Virus record (IMG/VR): IMGVR_UViG_3300022752_004079
Location: 7,600 to 71,599 of that record
Source of the DNA: a virus
Reading direction: 5' to 3' (one strand)
DNA: 64,000 nt
The position numbers were made by a program, and so were the translations under genes. The notes under the pieces are model-generated. The model made no database searches. It had not been told where the DNA came from and was given only the letters and a program-made list of their open reading frames with translations. How positions within the stretch are numbered: position 1 is the stretch's first letter; the number at the start of each line of letters is the position of its first letter. Positions 57,947-64,000 of the stretch are shown here, piece by piece.

Positions 57947-57971
57947 CATATTCTTTCATATAAATATCATT

Positions 57972-59327
57972 TTATCCTAAAGTCCCGCCCAAATCTTTAA
58001 ACTTTTGTGCTAAATTTTTCTTGACTAAATTCTCACCTGTTTTCATGATTTGTGTGGTTTGTTTGCCTTGAGTTGTTTGTGGTTCAAAAAATTGAAATTG
58101 TCCATTATTAGTATTGATTTTGCTTGGCAACGTAATGCCATCTGGCCCAAAACGATTTTTAATAACATGCCCCCGACCAGTGCCGGACATTTTATCTTCA
58201 ACTTTTCTTGACAATGACATCAAAAAATCAGCAACCATTACTTTTCCGTATGATGATGCAATTTTGTCTGCTTCAATGACATCTTCTTCTAATGCACTAC
58301 GTCCTGCTTGCGATGCAGTCCATACTGGCATTTTATATTCTCCTGCCATACCACGAAGTTCTTCATATAAATCTTCCAATGCTTCGTGTTTGTCTTTTTT
58401 TGTGTTTACTTTGAGCAGGTCACCGTAATCTACAATGATTAAATTTGGTGTTTTGTTTTGCATAATGGTTTTTTCAACATGGGCTTTTAACGCCATAACG
58501 CCAACCGATTTAGTTGGAAAATACTTAACAATCAATTCGCCTTGCAGCGATTTCATTTTTTCTTCAACCGTGTCTTGATGATGTTTAAGTGTTTGTGCGT
58601 TGATTCCAGTTAATACTGAATCATATCGTTGACCTACATAATTTTCATTGAGTTCCAATGTATAATGAATAACGGTTTTTCCGGCTTTAACTGCATTGGC
58701 ACCAATATTAATAAGCATCCAAGATTTGCCAATGCCTGCAGGAGCCATTACTACTCCTAATTCACCGGGAGCTAAGCCTCCGTCCATTAAATCATCAATA
58801 ACATCCCAACCCGTAGTAATTGTGTGTCGTGCGGCTTCATTGTATCGTGCAGCTACATTGTTGACATAATCTAAACCAATATCCGTATCAGCACCAGCTT
58901 TCATGGCACTATCCATTTTGGTTTTAATTTCATCATAATTGCCCATTTTGAGCAATGAAACCGAATCCATAATGGCTCGTTTAATTTCTTGATTTTTACA
59001 AAATTTAAGAATTTCATCTTTTACAAAAGAAAGATCATCCGATTCCATGTATCGAAATACTTCTTTCAATTGTTCTAATACTGCAGTTTTTAAGATGTCA
59101 TTTTCAATCTCTGTTATTTTTACTTTAAGTACATCTTTTGATGGTGGAGATTTGTATTGTCGAAAATGTTCCAATACAACTTCTAACAGCCAACTATTTG
59201 CATCAGATTCAAAATACTCTGTTTGTATTATGTCTGCAATTTGTTGTAAAAATATTCGGTCTGTGAATAATGCTGCTATAACTTTTACTTGAAAGCCAAA
59301 GCCATATTCTGATAATCGGTCGGTCAT
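57972..59327 (-). CDS. Replicative DnaB-like helicase (gp41-like)
   Basis: ITTGW..ID....GGL, APAGIGKS, YTLEL, IVDY.DL, WTASQ, KNRFG. Confidence 0.93.
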   Translation of the reverse strand: MTDRLSEYGFGFQVKVIAALFTDRIFLQQIADIIQTEYFESDANSWLLEVVLEHFRQYKSPPSKDVLKVKITEIENDILKTAVLEQLKEVFRYMESDDLSFVKDEILKFCKNQEIKRAIMDSVSLLKMGNYDEIKTKMDSAMKAGADTDIGLDYVNNVAARYNEAARHTITTGWDVIDDLMDGGLAPGELGVVMAPAGIGKSWMLINIGANAVKAGKTVIHYTLELNENYVGQRYDSVLTGINAQTLKHHQDTVEEKMKSLQGELIVKYFPTKSVGVMALKAHVEKTIMQNKTPNLIIVDYGDLLKVNTKKDKHEALEDLYEELRGMAGEYKMPVWTASQAGRSALEEDVIEADKIASSYGKVMVADFLMSLSRKVEDKMSGTGRGHVIKNRFGPDGITLPSKINTNNGQFQFFEPQTTQGKQTTQIMKTGENLVKKNLAQKFKDLGGTLG

Positions 59328-59362
59328 ATAACCAATATATAAAAAACTATGTTAAAATCAAA

Positions 59363-60430
59363 TTATTTATGTGTTTGTTTTGCAAATGCATTCAAAGACA
59401 ACCATGTATTAGTCAACCAATCCGGTAAATTTTTCATGATAGTCCACATCTTGTCTTCATAAAATAATTTTTGAAACTCACTACGATTTAATTCAGGTAT
59501 AGGTTGTTCCATGATGCCACGAATTTTGGTTGCAGTTTGTGCCGGAATATCAAGTAGTTTGATATTCATTAGTTGATAATTTTGTTCAATGATGTGACTG
59601 TTATCCAGAATCTTTTGATATGATTTAGATTCTTTGAGCAATGCCGTGCTTTTATCAAACAATTGTTGTGTTGTATATGGTGTTGCATCAGCTAATTCTG
59701 GAACAAGTTTCAATATGGTTTTTGGCCCTATTCCATTAACACCTGGAATATTATCCGAAGCATCACCCGTAAATGATCTATAAATAACCATGTTAGCAGG
59801 ATGCACTCCAAATTCTTGTTGCACTGCATCTACATCATACATTTTCTTTTTGATTGGTGACCAAATTTGAATGCGATCGTCAACCAATTGATAAAAATCT
59901 CGATCCGTAGATACAATGGTAATTTTTTTGCATTCCGTTTCATACATTTGTGCAATGTATGCAATTGTATCATCTGCTTCAATTCCATCCATCGAAATGA
60001 ATGTTACGGGCAAATTATCTAGATATGAAATTAAACGACTAAATTGATGTCGCATTGATTCTTGTTCTTGTTCCAATGTAGATTCATGATGATCATGACG
60101 TCGCAATTTAGTTTTATTTGCTCTATTTGCTTTGTAATCACCATAGATTCGTTTTCTTCGAGCAGAACCTCCGCGGCCATCAAATACAATGATGCATCGC
60201 GATGGACGAAAATCTCGTACGGTTTTGCCAACTGAATATAAAAATCCAGTAATGCCACCGATATGATCACCATCTTCGTTGTATGCAGGAGTTGCGCCAA
60301 AGCTTCGAATAAAAGTGTTCAAGCCGTCAAACACCATGAGATGATCATTAATGCTTGACGGACTAGAACTCTTTTCTTGTTGTAACTCTTTGAATAATTG
60401 TTGATACTTATTCTTCATCATACGTTTCAT
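59363..60430 (-). CDS. RNase H / 5'-3' flap exonuclease
   Basis: DG.N.F.R, FDG, YKANR, EADD, STDRDF.QL, GD.SDNIPGV.GIG.KT. Confidence 0.93.
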   Translation of the reverse strand: MKRMMKNKYQQLFKELQQEKSSSPSSINDHLMVFDGLNTFIRSFGATPAYNEDGDHIGGITGFLYSVGKTVRDFRPSRCIIVFDGRGGSARRKRIYGDYKANRANKTKLRRHDHHESTLEQEQESMRHQFSRLISYLDNLPVTFISMDGIEADDTIAYIAQMYETECKKITIVSTDRDFYQLVDDRIQIWSPIKKKMYDVDAVQQEFGVHPANMVIYRSFTGDASDNIPGVNGIGPKTILKLVPELADATPYTTQQLFDKSTALLKESKSYQKILDNSHIIEQNYQLMNIKLLDIPAQTATKIRGIMEQPIPELNRSEFQKLFYEDKMWTIMKNLPDWLTNTWLSLNAFAKQTHK

Positions 60431-61568
60431 CTATGACTATTACATCATCAATTCCGCCGTCGATACCGGCTTGGTATTTGAAAATATAAGCATCGCATAT
60501 TCTTTGATATAACCTTTCTTTTGCGTCCGGATTTGAAATAACCTTTTCCACAAAATCTTTGCTTTGAAATTTGATTTCGCCAAATGCTTCGCCGGTTGCT
60601 ATATCTACATCTTCCATAGTATACCATGCACCTGATTGTTTAACAATATCAAAATTCTTCATGATGTTCAACCAACCACCAAAATTGTCAATTCCAGAAT
60701 CATAATAAATTTCATAATTGACTTTGCGATGTGGAGGACCCATACGATTTTTTACTACTTGAACTTCCGTTTTACTGCCCACAACTTGTTCAACGCCATT
60801 TACTTTGGCTTTAATCATTCCTGTGTTTTTCAAACGCAATCTAACCGAAGCATGAAATGGAATTGCCTTGCCGCCTGCAGTTGTCCATTGGTCACCAAAA
60901 GACACGCCCATTTTGGTACGAAGTTGATTGGTAAATATGAGACAAATACGCTCTCTTGCAATCCAATTGGTAACTTTTCGCATTGCTTTTGACAAAATGA
61001 TTGATTTGCTTGTTGCATAACCATCTTTGTCATATTCAGCTGACATTTCAATTTTTGTAGATGCACCCATGATTGAATCCACTACAATTGTAACTAAACG
61101 ATCTTTGTCTGATTTGCGAACTCCTTCTACAATTGTTTCAATTGTTTCAAAAATTTCTTCAATTGTTTCCAATGGAACGTATAGCATTGTTTTTAAATCA
61201 ACACCAATAGCCGCAAGAAACTCAGAACTTGTAGCAGATTCCGTATCAATGTATACTGCTAAACCACCTTTCTTTTGTGTTTCTGCCAATGTATGTGCTG
61301 CCAATAACGATTTACCAGAAGCTTCTAATCCAGTAATTTCAGTAATTCGCCCAACCGGAAAGCCTCCATGTGCTCGATTTGAAATTGCCAAATCAAGCAT
61401 CGAACAACCAGATGACACCCATTCTGATACATTGCTTGGAGCATCTTCATCGCCATCTAAAAAGAATGCCGTTTTAAGATTTTGACCTTTAAATTGTTTG
61501 TTGATGCTATCTGCTAATGTTGATGCCAATGCATCTTCAATTTCCAGTTTACTTTTACTTTTTGCCAT
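60408..61568 (-). CDS. recA: RecA/UvsX recombinase
   Basis: GGFP.GRITEI.G.EASGKS, YIDTE, VVDS, NQLR, GGKA..F.ASVR, VKNR. Confidence 0.95.
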   Translation of the reverse strand: MAKSKSKLEIEDALASTLADSINKQFKGQNLKTAFFLDGDEDAPSNVSEWVSSGCSMLDLAISNRAHGGFPVGRITEITGLEASGKSLLAAHTLAETQKKGGLAVYIDTESATSSEFLAAIGVDLKTMLYVPLETIEEIFETIETIVEGVRKSDKDRLVTIVVDSIMGASTKIEMSAEYDKDGYATSKSIILSKAMRKVTNWIARERICLIFTNQLRTKMGVSFGDQWTTAGGKAIPFHASVRLRLKNTGMIKAKVNGVEQVVGSKTEVQVVKNRMGPPHRKVNYEIYYDSGIDNFGGWLNIMKNFDIVKQSGAWYTMEDVDIATGEAFGEIKFQSKDFVEKVISNPDAKERLYQRICDAYIFKYQAGIDGGIDDVIVIDETYDEE

Positions 61569-61581
61569 TATGTACCTTTAA

Positions 61582-62355
61582 TTAATTGTTGAATAAGTCA
61601 TCAAATGCAGATGCAACATCATCAATTTTTTTAGTAGCGGCAGGTTTAGAAGTTTTTGCTGGAGCCGGGGTTTCTTCTTCATCTTCTGAATCAACATCTG
61701 AATCTGCATTTTCTGGATTCATCCATTCTGCTAATGCCGTTTCAAGTTCTTCATATGTTGGTTCTGGAAATAAATCGGTAATCGTAGGCTGATTCATAAT
61801 TTTTTGTGCAATTTCTTTGTCTTCTGTTGCAGGTTGCGTATTTGGTTTAACGCGAATTGCTGTTTTAGGAAATGCACCGCCTTCTGCTGGAGTAAATTCT
61901 ACGTCAATATCACGTCCATTCATTAGATCCGTAATGTCTCCATAATCTGGATCGGAAATTATTGAAAGCAATTCCGTATAAATTGTTTTGCCAAAGCCCC
62001 AAAATTTAACACCTTCTGATTCTTTGCCACGGACGATAACGGGAACATAAGTACGCATTTTAGGTTCAATTTTACGACCCATTAGCCAATCTTCTTTATC
62101 TCCTGTTTTCTTTAGTTTTTCAGCAAATTCAACAATTGGATCTGCGTTGCCAAATGTAATTGGAGATAACATGGAACGCTTTCCGATGTCATAATGAAAA
62201 TACAATTCTAAAAATGGATTCTCTTTGCGATGAACGTAAGGAACAATTCTTACTCGCGTTTTACCTGCTTCAGGTTTCCACAAATTTTGTTTTTTGTCAT
62301 CAGATTTGTTTAACTGATTAAGTTTCGCTTTGATAGCGTCTAAATTCAAGGCCAT
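61582..62355 (-). CDS. Single-stranded DNA-binding protein (gp32-like)
   Basis: WKP..GK..VR.VP, GVKFWGFGK, DITD..NG.D; acidic tail AFDDLF. Confidence 0.85.
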   Translation of the reverse strand: MALNLDAIKAKLNQLNKSDDKKQNLWKPEAGKTRVRIVPYVHRKENPFLELYFHYDIGKRSMLSPITFGNADPIVEFAEKLKKTGDKEDWLMGRKIEPKMRTYVPVIVRGKESEGVKFWGFGKTIYTELLSIISDPDYGDITDLMNGRDIDVEFTPAEGGAFPKTAIRVKPNTQPATEDKEIAQKIMNQPTITDLFPEPTYEELETALAEWMNPENADSDVDSEDEEETPAPAKTSKPAATKKIDDVASAFDDLFNN

Positions 62356-62404
62356 TGTTTAATTCCTTTTCTTTAAATGGTTAATAAATAAAAATATTAA
62401 TTAA

Positions 62405-62433
62405 ATTATAATTAATTAATGTGTTAATTCAAA
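62405..62433 (-). promoter_or_regulatory. Class A promoter-like motif TTTGAA-N17-TATAAT
   Basis: Upstream of SSB. Confidence 0.6.
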
Positions 62434-62466
62434 ATAAATCGTTAAAATTCTTTATATAAATAAATA

Positions 62467-62853
62467 TCAGTTCCAAGAAAATTTCTTGAAGAATACCAAA
62501 TCAATAACGCGATATCCTTCATCATCCGTAAGTATGAATGCGTTTTGATATTTGCTCCAATCTAATCGATATGTTTTGTCTAAAACGCCGTTATTTACCG
62601 TTTTGATAACTTCATTAAGTGCGTTAACTGTATACAAGGTATTGGTTTCTTTTTTGCGATGAATGCTTATCGTGTTCTGTCCGCGCTGCGTTCCCGCATC
62701 TGCATTGTATGTACAATATAAATTGTCTGCAGATTCGGCATTGGAAAATACGAATATTCTGCGTTCTGGTATCGTGTAATTTTGTTGTATGTATTCGATT
62801 ACAATGTTTAAATCCGATCGATGTGCAAATGTGCAAAGCAATTGTGTTTTCAA
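62467..62853 (-). CDS. Conserved hypothetical phage protein
   Basis: QLLCTF...TYN...HRKKETNTLYT.NALN...GVLD. Confidence 0.65.
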   Translation of the reverse strand: MKTQLLCTFAHRSDLNIVIEYIQQNYTIPERRIFVFSNAESADNLYCTYNADAGTQRGQNTISIHRKKETNTLYTVNALNEVIKTVNNGVLDKTYRLDWSKYQNAFILTDDEGYRVIDLVFFKKFSWN

Positions 62854-62857
62854 TGCA

Positions 62858-63931
62858 TTAGTCCTGTGATTTTGTTGTTACTTTAGTATTTAATTGACTA
62901 CCTATTACAAACAATTTGTTTTGATGAAAGTTTGCAATTGCCGGAGATAATCGATCATTGCGACACATCAATACGGGTTCTAATTCTTCTGATGATTCTA
63001 GGAATAACGTTTTATTTGATTTAATAATCATGCCCCACCACCCGACACTGCGAATTTTTTGCGAAATCATGTTGTCTACGATGTTACAAAATGCATGAAT
63101 CATTGTGTCTAAATTATCATCCAAATCATAAAAAGATTGCAATTTTTTTGCAATGTTTTGAAACATGGGAATATCTGTTTCTGTACCCAATTTTATAATA
63201 CGTCGAATATCTGATTCAACTTTTTCATTATCTAAAAAATTTAAAACTTGATTGATGTTATCACGGCCTTTTGATTTATTGATATCCGTACCCGTAAGCA
63301 GTTTAGACATTTCTAAAAATCCATTCAAAAGTTGAATGGCGTCAGCTGGCAATGACCCAAAATCAAATGTAGTTTTTTCGTAATTTTTAAGCGAAACCGT
63401 TTGTCCGTCAACTTCTATATCTGCTTCAATTCCCGATTCGCCTGCTACGGCTCCTTTTACTAATCCATCATATGCAATAGCAAACCAAAGTTCAGATTCA
63501 TCGCCATTTGGTATTTTAATTGTATCTTTGATAATAGTATATAATATTTCATAAATACCCCGTATTGGAACTACTCCGGTAGCTAATCGCAATTTGATTG
63601 GCCCAGTAATAAGTTCAACAAGCTCATTTGAATTTGCATCAGACATAATGGCATCATACATTCCGCGTAGACCAATAATTTGTTGGCCTTCTACTGCAAA
63701 TCGTTGCATTATGTATTGCTCAAATGATTGTGCATTATTAAATGGCGGCAATTTATCTTCAGTTAATACGTTGTTACCTTGAGCCTTATTTACAATATGT
63801 TGTGCTTCTAAAGGAGTTAATGTAGTCATTTCTAAAATAACATTGTATAAAACATAATAATCAGAATCTGTTTTAGGATATCCTGCAGGTAATCGGTATC
63901 TCCATTCTGTAAGTATTGAATCGATTGTCAT
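62858..63931 (-). CDS. Hypothetical protein, possible degenerate PD-(D/E)xK fold
   Basis: IL.EWRYRLP.GYP start; G..EL...AD.EVDG..VSLK. Confidence 0.55.
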   Translation of the reverse strand: MTIDSILTEWRYRLPAGYPKTDSDYYVLYNVILEMTTLTPLEAQHIVNKAQGNNVLTEDKLPPFNNAQSFEQYIMQRFAVEGQQIIGLRGMYDAIMSDANSNELVELITGPIKLRLATGVVPIRGIYEILYTIIKDTIKIPNGDESELWFAIAYDGLVKGAVAGESGIEADIEVDGQTVSLKNYEKTTFDFGSLPADAIQLLNGFLEMSKLLTGTDINKSKGRDNINQVLNFLDNEKVESDIRRIIKLGTETDIPMFQNIAKKLQSFYDLDDNLDTMIHAFCNIVDNMISQKIRSVGWWGMIIKSNKTLFLESSEELEPVLMCRNDRLSPAIANFHQNKLFVIGSQLNTKVTTKSQD

Positions 63932-64000
63932 AACGAAATAGTTTTCATTTTATCATAAATATCGCCAACTTTACATTTAACTGGTAATCCACCTTGTTCT
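63928..64000 (-). CDS. C-terminus of upstream gene (…EQGGLPVKCKVGDIYDKMKTISL*), possibly PolA-like
   Basis: Open frame to window edge; PV...G..Y resembles family A polymerase C-terminus. Confidence 0.35.
   Translation of the reverse strand, partial: EQGGLPVKCKVGDIYDKMKTISL

Noticed and set aside
57878-57971. Cobalamin riboswitch before nrdJ
   Set aside because: Region is too short and lacks a recognisable B12-box architecture.
49677-61568. Introns/inteins in PolB, RNR, helicase or RecA; stop-codon reassignment
   Set aside because: Genes are of normal length, uninterrupted, and tile densely in the standard code.
1412-63782. Many plus-strand ORFs, including 319 aa at 20568..21527 and 180 aa at 14004..14546
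   Set aside because: Antisense shadows of well-supported minus-strand genes, with no recognisable motifs.

Overview
A 64-kb, AT-rich segment of a large (jumbo-type) dsDNA phage, most likely infecting a Bacteroidota host (T9SS type-B sorting domain, Bacteroidota-type ClpS and signal peptides). Essentially all real genes are on the minus strand and tightly coupled, in the standard genetic code. In transcription order (right to left): (1) a T4-like replication/recombination core (SSB, RecA/UvsX, RNase H/flap nuclease, DnaB-like helicase, class II RNR, PolB, clamp, clamp loader, dUTPase, PD-(D/E)xK nuclease), interleaved with a 7-deazaguanine pathway (FolE, QueD, QueE, a second QueD-like protein with LxxxHRHxF, a TGT/DpdA-fold transglycosylase; no QueC in the window) plus an HPRT, a cytidylyltransferase and a GT-B glycosyltransferase; (2) a ~17-kb sugar/glycosylation island; (3) a lysis cassette; (4) a block of probable virion-internal proteins sharing an N-terminal M-x-K-L-x-x-L-L-x-E peptide; (5) accessory genes (ClpS, HNH, MoxR AAA + VWA, ThyA, GNAT, tRNA-Glu, a SprB-like T9SS cargo). 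Two promoter-like motif classes can be read directly from the DNA. The top candidate for an undescribed system is the deazaguanine transglycosylase operon with a GTDC1/QTMAN-like glycosyltransferase, which suggests a glycosylated 7-deazaguanine base. All family calls come from recognising motifs by eye; no database searches were run.
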